In this document: positions 37,266 to 49,744 of the stretch, one piece after another | How positions within the stretch are numbered: the first letter of the stretch is position 1 | Layout of the letters: the number at the start of each line of letters is the position of its first letter | Assembly: GCA_037444405.1 (NCBI GenBank) | Contig: JBBIML010000008.1 | Location: 96,001 to 160,000 of the forward strand | Direction of reading: 5' to 3' | DNA length: 64,000 bases | From: Armatimonadota bacterium | GTDB taxonomy: Bacteria > Armatimonadota > Fimbriimonadia > Fimbriimonadales > GBS-DC | Notes under the pieces: model-generated | Database searches by the model: none | What the model saw: only the letters and a program-made list of their open reading frames with translations | What the model was told of the DNA's origin: nothing | Made by a program: the position numbers and the translations under genes

Positions 37266-39191
37266 ATGACGGTGATGGCGGTGGAGATCAAAGAGGCGTT
37301 GCAGACGAAGGCGAACCTTTTGCGCGTGCATTCGATACGGATGACCACAAAGGCAGGCTCGGGACATCCCACCACCTGTCTATCGGCGGCGGACCTGGTG
37401 GCGGTGCTATTCTTTCGGGTGTTGCGGGTGGATCTCACCGACCCGCGCAACCCGTTCAACGACCGGGTGATTTTCTCGAAGGGGCACGCGGCGCCGCTGC
37501 TGTACGCGGCATGGGCGGAGGCGGGCGCGTTCCCGGTGGAGCATCTGGACACCTTGCGCCAGTTCGAGAGCGAGCTGGAAGGTCATCCGACGCCGCGCTT
37601 CGTGTGGCATCCCGTCGCGACTGGCTCGCTGGGGCAGGGGCTGTCGATTGCGGCGGGCATCGCGCTCGCGCTCAAGCGGGACGGCAACCCCGCACGGGTC
37701 TACTGCCTGATGGGCGATGGTGAAACCGCTGAGGGCGCCGTGTGGGAAGCCGCCGCCTTCGCCAGCCACTACAACCTGAATAACCTCATCGCGATGGTGG
37801 ACATCAATCGGCTCGGTCAGAGCCAGCACACGATGCTCCAGCACGATCTGGCGACCTATGCGCGACGATTCGAGGCGTTCGGCTGGACCACGCTGCCCAT
37901 CGATGGGCACGATTATGAGCAGATTTTGAGCGCGTTTGAGCAGGCACAGCGGTCGGATCGCCCCACCGTGATTCTGGCGCGCACGCTGAAGGGCAAAGGC
38001 GTGCCCGCGGTGGAGGACCGAGATGGCTGGCACGGCAAGCCGCTGCCCGCCGATCTGGCGGAGCAGGCGATCGCAGCGCTGATGCCCACGCCCGACCAGA
38101 TTGCTCGCGCCGCCGCCCTGCGCCCCTTGCCTCCACAGATTGAATCTCAGCCTGCAACCCTCTCACCCGTACCCTCGCCCCCAGAGGAGGCGAGGGACTT
38201 AAAACCCTGTGAGGCAGCGCCAGTCAGCCTTCCCACCTACGCGCTGGGGCAGATGGTTGCCACGCGCGAGGCGTATGGCGATGCGCTCGTCGCTCTGGGC
38301 AGATCGAACCTGCTTATCTACGCGCTGGACGGCGATGTGAAGAACTCCACCTTCGCCGAAAAGTTCGCGCAGGCTTTCCCGGAGCGGTTTGTGGAGTGCT
38401 TTATCGCCGAGCAGAATATGGTGGGCGCGGCGGTGGGGCTTGCCGAAGCGGGCAAAATCCCGTTCGCCTCCTCCTTCGCCTGCTTTCTCACCCGCGCGTT
38501 TGACTTCATTCGCATGGCGGGCATCGGGCGGGCGAACATCAAGCTGTGCGGCTCGCACGCAGGCGTTTCCATCGGCGAGGACGGACCCTCGCAGATGGGG
38601 CTGGAAGATATTGCGATGATGCGCGCCATCCCCGACTCGGTGGTGCTGTACCCTGCCGATGCGGTCGCGACGGTGAAGCTGGTGCGCGAGATGGCGCGCT
38701 ATCGGGGCATCGCCTACCTGCGCACCACGCGCCCCAAAACGCCCGTCATCTACAGCAACGACGAGGAGTTCCCGATTGGCGGCTGCAAGATTCTGCGCTC
38801 CAGCCCGCACGATGGGGCGACAGTGGTCGCGGCGGGCATCACTTTGCACGAGGCGCTCAAAGCGTATGCGCAGTTGCAGGCGGAGGGCATCCCCATCCGC
38901 GTGATCGATCTCTACTCGGTCAAGCCCATCGACGCCGACACCCTCATTCGCTGTGGACAGGAGACGAACGGGTTAATCATCACGGTTGAGGACCACTATC
39001 CGCAGGGCGGGATTGGCGAGGCGGTGGCGATGGCACTACAGGGGCATGGCGTTCGCGTGCATGCGTTAGCCGTGCGTGAGTTGCCCCGTTCGGGCAAGCC
39101 TGAAGAGCTGCTCGCTGCCTACGGTATCGACGCGGCGGCGATTGCCCGCACCGTGCGACAGCTGACCGATGGAAACCTATCGCCATCTTGA
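37266..39191 (+). CDS. tkt: Transketolase
   Basis: GSGHPTTCLS, SKGHAAPLLY, TGSLGQG, GDGE and SHAGVSIGEDGPSQM. Confidence 0.95.
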   Translation: MTVMAVEIKEALQTKANLLRVHSIRMTTKAGSGHPTTCLSAADLVAVLFFRVLRVDLTDPRNPFNDRVIFSKGHAAPLLYAAWAEAGAFPVEHLDTLRQFESELEGHPTPRFVWHPVATGSLGQGLSIAAGIALALKRDGNPARVYCLMGDGETAEGAVWEAAAFASHYNLNNLIAMVDINRLGQSQHTMLQHDLATYARRFEAFGWTTLPIDGHDYEQILSAFEQAQRSDRPTVILARTLKGKGVPAVEDRDGWHGKPLPADLAEQAIAALMPTPDQIARAAALRPLPPQIESQPATLSPVPSPPEEARDLKPCEAAPVSLPTYALGQMVATREAYGDALVALGRSNLLIYALDGDVKNSTFAEKFAQAFPERFVECFIAEQNMVGAAVGLAEAGKIPFASSFACFLTRAFDFIRMAGIGRANIKLCGSHAGVSIGEDGPSQMGLEDIAMMRAIPDSVVLYPADAVATVKLVREMARYRGIAYLRTTRPKTPVIYSNDEEFPIGGCKILRSSPHDGATVVAAGITLHEALKAYAQLQAEGIPIRVIDLYSVKPIDADTLIRCGQETNGLIITVEDHYPQGGIGEAVAMALQGHGVRVHALAVRELPRSGKPEELLAAYGIDAAAIARTVRQLTDGNLSPS

Positions 39192-40365
39192 GGCGCTGGT
39201 GGAGACAATCGGGGCGCGTCCCGCCACCTCCGAGCGCGAGCATCAGGCACGCGCGTATCTCGCTCGCCATCTGCAGGCGCAGGGCGTCAAAATGATTGAG
39301 CAGCCGTTTCGGAGTGTGCCGACGCTCGCCCTGCCATGGCTCACAGTCTCCCTGCTGTTTGCGCTCACTGGCGGGATGGTGTGGCTTGTGCAGAACAGGT
39401 GGCTTTACGCGCTCGCTGCGCTGATGAGTCTGACCGCCTGCGCCCTCTACTGGGGGCTGGTCAGCGGCAAATGGGATGTGATGCGCCTGTTCCCCCAGCG
39501 CGAAAGCGCGAACCTGATTGCGATTGTGCCTGCCCGACAGAAGGCGAGCCACACCGTCGTGCTGATGGCGCACATCGACACACAACGCGCGACGCTTTTG
39601 TGGCATCCCAGACTGGTGCTCAACTTCGGGACGAGCTTCGTGATTCAGACCCTGCTGCTAACGCTGCATGGGATCGGTGCGCTCTGCCTCGTGTGGGGGC
39701 TGGCTGGCAACGAGAGGGGTATCGCGCTATCCCGCTGGCTGATGGCGCCGGGCAGTCTGCTCTCGCTGTGGGGCATCTTCGTGCTGCTGCATCGCGAGCT
39801 GGCGATGCCGTGGGTGCAGGGCGCGAACGATAACGGCTCCGGTGTGGCGGTTGTATTGAGCCTGCTGAAGGAGCTGGCTCAACAGCCGCTGGCGGATGTG
39901 GAGGTGTGGGGCGTGTTCACAGGCTGCGAGGAGGTGGGTGCGCCCGCAGGCGCGTTCGCGTTCGAGCGCGAATATGGACTGCAACTGCGCGACGCCACCT
40001 TTGTGATAGTTGACCATGTGGGTCTGGGCGAGCCACGCTACCTGCTAACGGAAGCGATGCTGCCGCGCCAGCGTGCGCATCCCGAACTCGCACGCCTGAT
40101 GGAGCAGTTAGCACGCCAGCATCCCGAATGGTCGCTCCAGCCCAGCGCGGTGCCGCCCGGCGCGTACACCGATGCGCTCCCCTTCCTGATGAAGGGCTAT
40201 CGCGCAATCGCGCTCTGGTGCGAGCAGACGCCCGGCATCCCTCCCAACTGGCACTGGACGACCGATGTGCTGGCGAATGTGAACCCTGCCGATCTGGAGC
40301 GGGCGAAAGCGGTGGTCCAAGGTGTGCTGAAACACCTTGCGTCTAATCGCGAAAGCGATATTTGA
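39169..40365 (+). CDS. Membrane-embedded M28 family peptidase
   Basis: MAHIDT, GANDNGSG, TGCEEVG and WHWTTD; four TM segments. Confidence 0.85.
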   Translation: METYRHLEALVETIGARPATSEREHQARAYLARHLQAQGVKMIEQPFRSVPTLALPWLTVSLLFALTGGMVWLVQNRWLYALAALMSLTACALYWGLVSGKWDVMRLFPQRESANLIAIVPARQKASHTVVLMAHIDTQRATLLWHPRLVLNFGTSFVIQTLLLTLHGIGALCLVWGLAGNERGIALSRWLMAPGSLLSLWGIFVLLHRELAMPWVQGANDNGSGVAVVLSLLKELAQQPLADVEVWGVFTGCEEVGAPAGAFAFEREYGLQLRDATFVIVDHVGLGEPRYLLTEAMLPRQRAHPELARLMEQLARQHPEWSLQPSAVPPGAYTDALPFLMKGYRAIALWCEQTPGIPPNWHWTTDVLANVNPADLERAKAVVQGVLKHLASNRESDI

Positions 40366-41047
40366 TGAGCGTCCAGAGCGCCTCGATGCCGTCCGTCCAG
40401 CGGATTTTCTTGCCCTGCTGGCGCGTGCGGGGGCAATACCGCTCGATGGGCACCTCCACAATTTTATAGCCGCGCTTGAGCGACTTTGCCGTCACCTCAG
40501 GGCAGAACTCGAACCGCTGACACCGCAGATTCAGCGAGCGCAACAGCTCAGTGCGGAAGGCTTTGTAGCAGGTGGCTTCATCGCGCAGGGGATAGCGGTA
40601 GAGCAGGCGCACCGCCCACGCCAGAATCAGGTTCGCGATTTTGTTGGGCAGCGGCATCCCCTTCGGCAAGCCGCGCGTGAACCGACAGCCATAGGCGATT
40701 TCGGTCTCGCCCTGAAGGATTGGCTCCACCACCTTCGGGATTTCGTCGGGGTCGTACTCCAGATCGGCGTCCTGAATGATGGTGACCTCGCCTTCGGCAT
40801 AGGGCAACGCAGCGCGGATGGCGGCGCCCTTGCCCACATTCTGGGGCAGGCGCAGATGCACAATATCAGGCTCCTGCGCCAGTATCTCGCTAGTGCCGTC
40901 GCTGGAGCAGTCGTCCACCACGATAATCTGCTTGCGGAAGGGGGCGTTGCGCAATCGCTGCAACAGCTCCTGGATCGTCTCCCGCTCGTTATAAACGGGC
41001 ACAATCACCGTGATGAGAGCCTCTTTGCGCGTCGGATGGTTCCCCAT
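40343..41047 (-). CDS. GT2 glycosyltransferase (DPM1-like)
   Basis: IVPVYNE, VDDCSSDGT, GKGAA and QDADLEYDP. Confidence 0.92.
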   Translation of the reverse strand: MGNHPTRKEALITVIVPVYNERETIQELLQRLRNAPFRKQIIVVDDCSSDGTSEILAQEPDIVHLRLPQNVGKGAAIRAALPYAEGEVTIIQDADLEYDPDEIPKVVEPILQGETEIAYGCRFTRGLPKGMPLPNKIANLILAWAVRLLYRYPLRDEATCYKAFRTELLRSLNLRCQRFEFCPEVTAKSLKRGYKIVEVPIERYCPRTRQQGKKIRWTDGIEALWTLIKYRFRD

Positions 41048-41084
41048 TCATTATCATGATACCGACTCGCGCTCGTTGCCCTCC

Positions 41085-41107
41085 GTAGCGTGGGCGTCCC
41101 GCCCACG
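41085..41107 (+). repeat. GTAG-type REP (GTAG-CGTGGGCG-TCC-CGCCCACG)
   Basis: Perfect 8-bp stem after the GTAG tetranucleotide; intergenic, downstream of sucD. Confidence 0.7.
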
Positions 41108-41118
41108 AACATCTGCAT

Positions 41119-42012
41119 CTAATCCTGCACTGAACCAGCGCGTCCAAGCCGCTCGCGCAGCAGCGGGGGGATGTCGGCAGGGGTGTCGGCGATGGGCACG
41201 CGCGCTTCGGTGAGCGCCTGCACTTTCGACTGCGCACTGCCCTTGCCGCCAGAGATGATCGCGCCTGCGTGCCCCATGCGCTTGCCCGGCGGCGCGGTGC
41301 GCCCCGATATGAAGCCCACCACCGGCTTGGTCATCTGCGCCCGAATATATTCGGCAGCTATCTCCTCGTCGGAGCCGCCGATCTCGCCCACCAGCACCAC
41401 CGCCTCCGTCTGCGGGTCCGCCTCAAACAGCGGTAGCACATCGATAAAGGTGGTGCCGATGATGGGGTCGCCCCCGATGCCGATGCAGGTGGACTGCCCG
41501 AAGCCCGCACGGGTCAGCTCGTTCACAATCTCATAGGTCAGCGTGCCGCTGCGCGAGACCAGCCCGATGCTCCCCTTGCGGAACAGGTTGCCCGGCATGA
41601 TGCCGACCTTGCACTCGCCCGCGGTGGTGATGCCCGGGCAGTTGGGACCGATCAGGCGGCTGCGCGTGCAACGCTTCAGGTAGTTGACCACGCGAATCAT
41701 GTCCTGAACGGGGATTCCTTCGGTGATGCACACGATGAGTTCGATGCCGGCGTCGGCGGCTTCCAGAATCGCGTCGGGTGCGAAGGGCGCGGGCACGAAG
41801 ATACAGGAGACATTCGCGCCCGTTTCCTGAACCGCCTGCTTCACCGTGTTATACACGGGCACGCCCAGCACCTCGGTGCCGCCCTTGCCGGGCGTGACGC
41901 CCGCCACCACCTTGGTGCCGTACTCCAGCATCTGGCGCGTATGGAACTCGCCCTCGCGCCCCGTGATACCCTGCACCAGCACCTTCGAGTTCGCATCCAC
42001 CAGAATCGCCAT
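41119..42012 (-). CDS. sucD: Succinate--CoA ligase alpha subunit
   Basis: [21 protein letters not shown] and RMGHAGAI. Confidence 0.96.
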   Translation of the reverse strand: MAILVDANSKVLVQGITGREGEFHTRQMLEYGTKVVAGVTPGKGGTEVLGVPVYNTVKQAVQETGANVSCIFVPAPFAPDAILEAADAGIELIVCITEGIPVQDMIRVVNYLKRCTRSRLIGPNCPGITTAGECKVGIMPGNLFRKGSIGLVSRSGTLTYEIVNELTRAGFGQSTCIGIGGDPIIGTTFIDVLPLFEADPQTEAVVLVGEIGGSDEEIAAEYIRAQMTKPVVGFISGRTAPPGKRMGHAGAIISGGKGSAQSKVQALTEARVPIADTPADIPPLLRERLGRAGSVQD

Positions 42013-42032
42013 CTATCCGCCTCCGTACCACG

Positions 42033-42053
42033 ATTGTACCCGCTGGGTACAAT
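42033..42053. promoter_or_regulatory. Palindrome ATTGTACCC-GCT-GGGTACAAT (back-to-back -10 elements or operator)
   Basis: Perfect inverted repeat in the 49-bp divergent gap; each half contains GG-TACAAT. Confidence 0.65.
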
Positions 42054-42061
42054 TCCCTTCG

Positions 42062-42796
42062 ATGCATCGGTGGCGTGGGTTGGGTGTGGTGTTATTCACA
42101 GGCGCATTGCTGGGCGCGGGCGGCTGGCTGGCGTATCGGTGGCTGTTCCCTGCTTACACCATCATCCGCCAGATGCACGCTGGCGAGCAGTGGCAGTACC
42201 ATCTGGTTCAATCACTGCAGCTGGGCAATCAGACCGCAACGCTGGATTTGCGCTACACCGAGACGGTTCAGAAGGTGAACCCTGACGGCAGCGCGATTGT
42301 GGAGCGCGTGCTGATAGCGGACCCGCAGACGCTCAGGGATTTGCAGGAAAGCGCGGCGCCGCTGGGCGCAATCCCTGTCCGCACCCGCTGGCGCATCAGC
42401 CCGCAAGGCGAGGAGACGCCGCTCATCAATAACGCTGCTGTCCTGACGCTCGGCTCGTCCAGCAAGCGCCTGATGCCGCCCAAAGCGGTGCGAATCGGCG
42501 AGCAGTGGGAGCGCGAGAGCCAGATAGGAAGCCTCAAGATTCGCGCCCGCTGCCAGCTGAAACGCATCGTGCCGATCGATGGCGTGCCTTGCTACGAAAT
42601 CACAGCGACACTCGAATCGCCACCCGACTCGCTGCCCAGAGTGCAGGGGCACCTCACCTGCTATCTGGACCGTCGAACGGGCTGGACGCGCAAGGAACAG
42701 GGTACAATAGTGATGACCTCTGGCACGGTGCAGTTCAGCAGCCAGGTAAGCCTGAAGGGGCGGCGCATCCGTGCGGGTCAGCAACCGAAGGAGTGA
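42062..42796 (+). CDS. Membrane-anchored hypothetical protein
   Basis: N-terminal TM and beta-rich body; start 8 nt after TACAAT. Confidence 0.7.
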   Translation: MHRWRGLGVVLFTGALLGAGGWLAYRWLFPAYTIIRQMHAGEQWQYHLVQSLQLGNQTATLDLRYTETVQKVNPDGSAIVERVLIADPQTLRDLQESAAPLGAIPVRTRWRISPQGEETPLINNAAVLTLGSSSKRLMPPKAVRIGEQWERESQIGSLKIRARCQLKRIVPIDGVPCYEITATLESPPDSLPRVQGHLTCYLDRRTGWTRKEQGTIVMTSGTVQFSSQVSLKGRRIRAGQQPKE

Positions 42797-42799
42797 GGT

Positions 42800-43300
42800 A
42801 TGGATAGCCGAGAGCGATTGTGTCCCGTATGTCAGGTGAACCTTGTGCCGCAGACCCATCTGGGCATCACCATCGATGTGTGCCCGACCTGCGCGGGCAT
42901 CTGGTTCGATGCCGATGAACTGCCGCGCCTGCGCGAGCTGGATCCCACCGCGCTGCCGCGCATCGACCACCTTTATCAGCCGACCGTCGAGCGCTATGAG
43001 GGCGCGGGCGACCGGCTCTGCCCCGTGTGCCGCGTGCCGATGTATCGCTACAACTATCTCTACACCAGCAACATCGCGCTGGATGGCTGTGACCTCTGCG
43101 GAGGCGTGTGGGTCGATCACGGCGAGCTGGTCAAGATGGATCAGCTGGCGAAAGATGCCCGCGCAATGGAGATCCCACCAGAAACGAAGGCGCAGATAGC
43201 AATCGTCCAGATGGAAGCCGAGATGAGGGAGGCGCAGGAACGCGCCCGATTCTGGGAAGGGCTGTTCGCCTTCATGAGAGCACGCCCCTGGTTCCCCTGA
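42800..43300 (+). CDS. Double zf-TFIIB-type zinc ribbon protein
   Basis: CPVC...CPTCAGIWFDADEL and CPVC...CDLCGGVWVDHGEL. Confidence 0.85.
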   Translation: MDSRERLCPVCQVNLVPQTHLGITIDVCPTCAGIWFDADELPRLRELDPTALPRIDHLYQPTVERYEGAGDRLCPVCRVPMYRYNYLYTSNIALDGCDLCGGVWVDHGELVKMDQLAKDARAMEIPPETKAQIAIVQMEAEMREAQERARFWEGLFAFMRARPWFP

Positions 43301-43306
43301 AAAGCG

Positions 43307-44173
43307 ATGGAGCCATTATCCAGCGGCATCTACACCGCGCTGCTCACCCCCTTCACCAGCGATGGCGCGATCGATGAGCCGTTGCTAATCCGCCTGCTGG
43401 CGTTTCAGGAGGCAGCGGGCGTGCAGGGCGTGGTGATTGGCGGCACAACAGGCGAGGGACCCTCCCTCAGCGCGCCCGAAAAGGTCGCGCTGTACGAGCT
43501 GGCGTCGCGCACGCGCGGGCAACTGCGCATTATCGCTGGCATTCTGTGCTGTAGCCTGCCTGAGGCGCTCTATCTGGCACGCGCGGCGGCACGCGCCAGC
43601 TGCGACGCGCTGATGGTCGCTCCACCCTTCTACTACCGCGCCTCCTTGCAGGGGCTGATCGCCTACTATCGCGCCCTGCTGGAGGCAACCGGGCTGCCCA
43701 TGATTCTCTACAACATCCCGCAGCTCACGCGCACGCCCATCCCCATCGAGCTGGTGGAAGCCCTGCTGAGCTTTTCGAACCTGCTGGGCGTCAAGGATAG
43801 CTCGGGTGACGCCGAATCACTGGGGGCGTATCTGCGCTTTGCGCCGCGCCTGAAGGTGTGGGTCGGCGAGGAAAAGCTGCTGTTGAGCAACCTGCAGGGC
43901 GGCGGCGCAGGCAGCATCAGTGGGCTGGCGAATGTGTTCCCCGAACGCATGGTCGCCACCTATCGCGCCTTCTGTGAGGGGCGCGACGCCAGCGGCTTAC
44001 AGCAACTTATCGACGAGGCTGCCGACGCCCTCGACGCCTTCCCCGCGCCCGCCAACTTCAAATACGCGCTCACCCTGCGCGGGCTACCCTTCAGCCATGT
44101 GCGCCCACCCCTGTGCGACCTCACCGAATCGGAACAGACCGCGCTCAAAACCGCCATCCAGCCCTATCTCTGA
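43307..44173 (+). CDS. Dihydrodipicolinate synthase family protein
   Basis: GTTGEG, PPFYY, LYNIP and GVKDSSGD. Confidence 0.88.
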   Translation: MEPLSSGIYTALLTPFTSDGAIDEPLLIRLLAFQEAAGVQGVVIGGTTGEGPSLSAPEKVALYELASRTRGQLRIIAGILCCSLPEALYLARAAARASCDALMVAPPFYYRASLQGLIAYYRALLEATGLPMILYNIPQLTRTPIPIELVEALLSFSNLLGVKDSSGDAESLGAYLRFAPRLKVWVGEEKLLLSNLQGGGAGSISGLANVFPERMVATYRAFCEGRDASGLQQLIDEAADALDAFPAPANFKYALTLRGLPFSHVRPPLCDLTESEQTALKTAIQPYL

Positions 44174-44189
44174 AACGGAGGCAACGCCG

Positions 44190-45215
44190 ATGCGAATCGC
44201 CTTCTTCGATCTGGAGGAGTGGCAGGCAGATTATCTGCGAAACGGCTTGGCTCAGCTGGGGCTTGCCCAGCGCGTGCAGGCACAATACAGCACTGACCAT
44301 CTAACCCTTGAGGCGTGCGAGCGCTACGCCGACTGCGAGGCAATCGCCGTCTTCGTGTGGACGAAACTGACCCGCGAGATTATCGATCAGCTGCCGCGCC
44401 TGCGCCTGATCCTCACAATGTCCACAGGCTATGACCACATCGATCTGGACGCCTGTCGGGAGCGGGGCATCACGGTGTGCAATGTGCCCCATTATGGCGA
44501 GAACACGGTTGCCGAGCATACCTTCGCGCTCATCTTATCGCTCTCGCGGCGGCTGCGAGCGGTGCAGGAATGGCTTCAGCAGCCCTCGCGCAGTATCGCT
44601 GAGCTGCGCGGGTTCGATCTGTACGGCAAGACGCTCGGCGTGATAGGCGCAGGCAATATCGGGCTGCATGTGATTCGCATCGCGCGCGGGTTCGGCATGC
44701 GCGTGCTGGCGTACGATGTGCGCCCACAACCCCTGCTGGCGGAGGTGCTGGGCTTCACCTACACCGATCTGGAGACGCTCCTGCGCGAATCGGACATCGT
44801 GTCGCTCCATGTGCCCGCCACGCCAGAGACCCATCATCTGATCAATCGCGACACGCTCAGCAAGATGAAGCGCGGCGCGTTGCTGATTAACACGGCGCGG
44901 GGGAGCGTGGTGGACACAGAAGCCCTGCTGTGGGCGCTGGACGAGGGCATCCTGGCAGGCGCAGGGCTGGATGTGATTGAGGGCGAGGAGTATATCAAGG
45001 AGGAGAGCGCGCTTCTGAAAGCGCCCGTCGCCGAGCAGACGCTACGCAAGGTGGTGCAGGCGTACCTGCTGATGCGCCGCGAGAATGTGGTCTTCACGCC
45101 CCATATCGCCTTCAACAGCCGCGAAGCCGTGCAGCGCATTCTGGACACCACCCTGCAGAACCTGAAAGCCTTCCTGCAGGGTCAGCCGCAGAATGCGGTG
45201 CCCCATCCCCACTGA
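44190..45215 (+). CDS. D-2-hydroxyacid dehydrogenase (D-lactate DH-like)
   Basis: STGYDHID, GAGNIG, INTARG and TPHIAF; SD GGAGG. Confidence 0.9.
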   Translation: MRIAFFDLEEWQADYLRNGLAQLGLAQRVQAQYSTDHLTLEACERYADCEAIAVFVWTKLTREIIDQLPRLRLILTMSTGYDHIDLDACRERGITVCNVPHYGENTVAEHTFALILSLSRRLRAVQEWLQQPSRSIAELRGFDLYGKTLGVIGAGNIGLHVIRIARGFGMRVLAYDVRPQPLLAEVLGFTYTDLETLLRESDIVSLHVPATPETHHLINRDTLSKMKRGALLINTARGSVVDTEALLWALDEGILAGAGLDVIEGEEYIKEESALLKAPVAEQTLRKVVQAYLLMRRENVVFTPHIAFNSREAVQRILDTTLQNLKAFLQGQPQNAVPHPH

Positions 45216-45230
45216 ACCAGCCAGACCGCG

Positions 45231-45265
45231 TGCGGGAGAGAGGGCAAGCATTCCCCTCTCCCGCA
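45231..45265. terminator. Hairpin between convergent genes (related to the CCCTCTCCC element)
   Basis: tgcgggagag...ctctcccgca 10-bp stem. Confidence 0.55.
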
Positions 45266-45301
45266 GTGTTGGAGCAAGTGCAGGGGCGAAAGATTGTGCC
45301 C

Positions 45302-46087
45302 TTACATTTCGCGGGCGCAGTTGGGGGTGTAGCCGCCCGCGTCGGGGAAGGGGATCATCGGGCAGAAGTAGTGCGCGGGGATGGTCTGCTGGCACTCGCG
45401 CACGCGCTCGACGGTGTGCGTCGCTCTCAGCCAGCGGGCGTGCCCATCAAAGAACGCCAGGTTCGCGCCGTTAAAGTGGGCAATCGTGGGGCAGTTGAAG
45501 TAGCGCCCTGCCGTATCGAAGGCGGTCAAATCACCGTCGTTAAGTGTCGCCTGCTCGTCGACCAGCTCGGCGAACTGCGCGGGGCGCTCCACCACAGCTT
45601 CAGGGATGAAGCCTGCCACATAGTTAAGCGAATAGCTTAGCCGTTTTTCCATCCCACGGCGGTCGGTCGGGCAGATGTAGACCGACTCGTTGCGCACATA
45701 GGGGTAGAGCGCACCCTGCTTCACGCCCGTCTCACGCCAGCGTGTGCCCACGGGCGCGTTCGGGTCCAGCGGCGGGTAGATGACCCAGTGGCAGGGAACC
45801 CAGTGCCCTTCAGCCGTGCTGTAGATGCCGCCGATCCAGTGCGGATAGAACCGCCGGTCGATGGTGCCCGGGCAGTAGGTTCCGTCGCCCATGCCAGGGT
45901 TGCGCCCGTCAAAATCGGCGCGATAGAGCGTGAAGGCGGTACCCAGCTGGCGCAGGTTGTTCAGGCAGTGGCTCTGGCGAGCCTTCTCCCGCGCCCGACT
46001 CAGCACGGGAAACAGCAACGCTGCCAGCACCGCGATGATTGCAATCACAACCAGCAGCTCTATCAGGGTGAACGCATGGCGTCGCAT
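45302..46087 (-). CDS. DUF1559 prepilin-type N-terminal cleavage/methylation protein with H-X9-DG C-terminus
   Basis: [35 protein letters not shown] and [13 protein letters not shown]. Confidence 0.9.
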   Translation of the reverse strand: MRRHAFTLIELLVVIAIIAVLAALLFPVLSRAREKARQSHCLNNLRQLGTAFTLYRADFDGRNPGMGDGTYCPGTIDRRFYPHWIGGIYSTAEGHWVPCHWVIYPPLDPNAPVGTRWRETGVKQGALYPYVRNESVYICPTDRRGMEKRLSYSLNYVAGFIPEAVVERPAQFAELVDEQATLNDGDLTAFDTAGRYFNCPTIAHFNGANLAFFDGHARWLRATHTVERVRECQQTIPAHYFCPMIPFPDAGGYTPNCAREM

Positions 46088-46121
46088 AGAGCACCTCTTA
46101 TCATCGGGCAGGATGCCCGCG

Positions 46122-47729
<1,608 letters not shown>

Positions 47730-47746
47730 CGGCAACCGCCTCCTCC

Positions 47747-48475
47747 TTATCGCCCGCCGCCCGATGGGGGTGTAGCGGGCGCAGGCTCGGTCGTCAGGCT
47801 GAAAGTCTGCTCGGTCACGGGCACATTCGGCGTCGGCTCGAATTCCATCACCATCACGAACTGCGCGGGCTGCTCCTCCAGCTTCACCTGCGTGACAATC
47901 TTGATGCGGCGCATCAACAGGGTGCTTTTGTCGATGACGAACTCCCACTCATTGATGCGCTCCTTTTCGCCGCGCACGCGCCCGCCCAGCACGACCTGCT
48001 TCTCGTCTTCAGAGACCACGCGCAGGTTGGTAATCTCCTGCTTCATCTTCTCCCAGCTGCTTTTGCCGCCCAGCGCAAAGACGATATCGTAGGGTGTGAA
48101 GGCATCGAGGCTGGCTAACCCCTCCAGCAGGGCAAGTCCCGACCCCTGCACAGCGACGGTGCGCTCGCCGCTTTTGAGCGTCTTGCCGTCCGATATGAAG
48201 CGCGTGCCCTCCTCTCTGGAGAGCGCGTCTTTAATGAGGAGGTTGATTTGCGCAGGGGGTTGCAGAGTGTAGGCATAGAGGAACTTCTGGATGGTCTCGC
48301 CCTGTGGGTTTCTGGGTGTGATGAGCTGGAGGGTGACGGTGGTTTTGCTCTGCAGGCTTTTGAGCGTGCCGTAGGTGTTGACGCTGCGCTCCAGCCACTC
48401 GTTCGCCTTGCTGTCTATCTGCGCCGACGCACCGATGCACAGCATCAGCAGTCCAATCGCCCCTATCACTCGCAT
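47747..48475 (-). CDS. Secreted LolA-like / DUF2092-like protein
   Basis: Signal peptide, [21 protein letters not shown] and [10 protein letters not shown]. Confidence 0.6.
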   Translation of the reverse strand: MRVIGAIGLLMLCIGASAQIDSKANEWLERSVNTYGTLKSLQSKTTVTLQLITPRNPQGETIQKFLYAYTLQPPAQINLLIKDALSREEGTRFISDGKTLKSGERTVAVQGSGLALLEGLASLDAFTPYDIVFALGGKSSWEKMKQEITNLRVVSEDEKQVVLGGRVRGEKERINEWEFVIDKSTLLMRRIKIVTQVKLEEQPAQFVMVMEFEPTPNVPVTEQTFSLTTEPAPATPPSGGGR

Positions 48476-48480
48476 AGCGG

Positions 48481-48511
48481 TTAAGAGTGTACCCGTATGG
48501 GTACACTTTAA
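48481..48511. promoter_or_regulatory. Palindrome (TTAAG)AGTGTACCC-GTAT-GGGTACACT(TTAA) (back-to-back -10 elements or operator)
   Basis: Near-perfect inverted repeat filling the 50-bp divergent gap. Confidence 0.65.
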
Positions 48512-48525
48512 TGGAGGGAACAGCG

Positions 48526-49734
48526 ATGAACGCGAACTTTCAGCAGTGGCTCCAGCAGAGCATCGAGGAGCTGAAGGCACAGAATCTCTATAAGCAGCCG
48601 CCCGTGCTGGAGAGTCCGCAGGGCGGGCGCGTGAAAATCGGCGGGCGCTGGCTGATCAACCTCGCCTCCAACAATTATCTGGGGCTGGCGAACGACCCGC
48701 GCGTGGTGCAGGCAGCCGTCGACGCTGCGCTCAAATGGGGCGCGGGCGCAGGCGCCGTGCGCTGGCTCGGTGGCACCAACGAACTGCACGACCTGCTCGA
48801 ACAGAAACTCGCCGAGTTCAAAAAGACCGAAGCCGTGCTGGTGTTCCAATCAGGGCACAACGCTAACTCCGGCACCATCCCCGCCTGCTTCGGCGAGGGC
48901 GATGTGATTATCTCCGATGAACTGAACCACGCCAGCATCATCGACGGCGTGCGACTCAGCAACGCTAAATACAAAAAGAGTGAAGGCTATGTCTATCAGC
49001 ACAAAGATATGAACCATCTGGAGGACATCCTCAAGCGGTGTAAGGAGTTCCGGAAGCGACTGATTGTGACCGATGGCGTGTTCAGCATGGATGGCGATAT
49101 AGCGCCGCTGCCGGAGATTGTGGCGTTGGCGGAGAAGTACGACGCGGTGGTAATGGTGGACGATGCGCACGCTTCGGGCGTGCTGGGCGAGCATGGCAGC
49201 GGCACCACAAGCCATTTTGGGCTGTACGGGCGCGTGGACATCCAGCTGGGCACGCTCTCCAAAGCGCTGGGCGTGGTCGGGGGCTATATCGCGGGCAGTC
49301 GCCTGCTGAAAGAGTGGCTGATCAACCGTGCGCGTCCCTATCTGTTCAGCACGGCGCTGCCGCCCGCCGCCGTGGGCGCCCTGCTCAAGGCGATCGAGAT
49401 TCTGATGACTGACCCGGAGCCGATGCGCCGCCTGTGGGATAATGCCCGCTACTGGAAGGAGAACCTCCAGCGGCTGGGCTTCGACACGATGGGTTCCGAG
49501 ACGCCCATCACGCCCGTGTTCTGCGGCGAGGAGGCGATTGCCCAGCAGATGGAGGTTCGCCTGCGCGAGGAGGGCGTGTTCACACTGGGGATTGTGTACC
49601 CCACCGTGCCGCGGGGCAAGGCGCGCGTGCGCACCATGCCCAACGCCACCCATACCCGCGAGGACCTGGACGACGCGCTGAACGCCTTCGAGAAAGTCGG
49701 CAAAGCGCTGGGACTGATCAATCGCTGGGTGTGA
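48526..49734 (+). CDS. kbl: Glycine C-acetyltransferase / 8-amino-7-oxononanoate synthase family
   Basis: [28 protein letters not shown] and GTLSKALG; kbl versus bioF not resolved. Confidence 0.75.
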   Translation: MNANFQQWLQQSIEELKAQNLYKQPPVLESPQGGRVKIGGRWLINLASNNYLGLANDPRVVQAAVDAALKWGAGAGAVRWLGGTNELHDLLEQKLAEFKKTEAVLVFQSGHNANSGTIPACFGEGDVIISDELNHASIIDGVRLSNAKYKKSEGYVYQHKDMNHLEDILKRCKEFRKRLIVTDGVFSMDGDIAPLPEIVALAEKYDAVVMVDDAHASGVLGEHGSGTTSHFGLYGRVDIQLGTLSKALGVVGGYIAGSRLLKEWLINRARPYLFSTALPPAAVGALLKAIEILMTDPEPMRRLWDNARYWKENLQRLGFDTMGSETPITPVFCGEEAIAQQMEVRLREEGVFTLGIVYPTVPRGKARVRTMPNATHTREDLDDALNAFEKVGKALGLINRWV

Positions 49735-49744
49735 GTGCCAGCCA

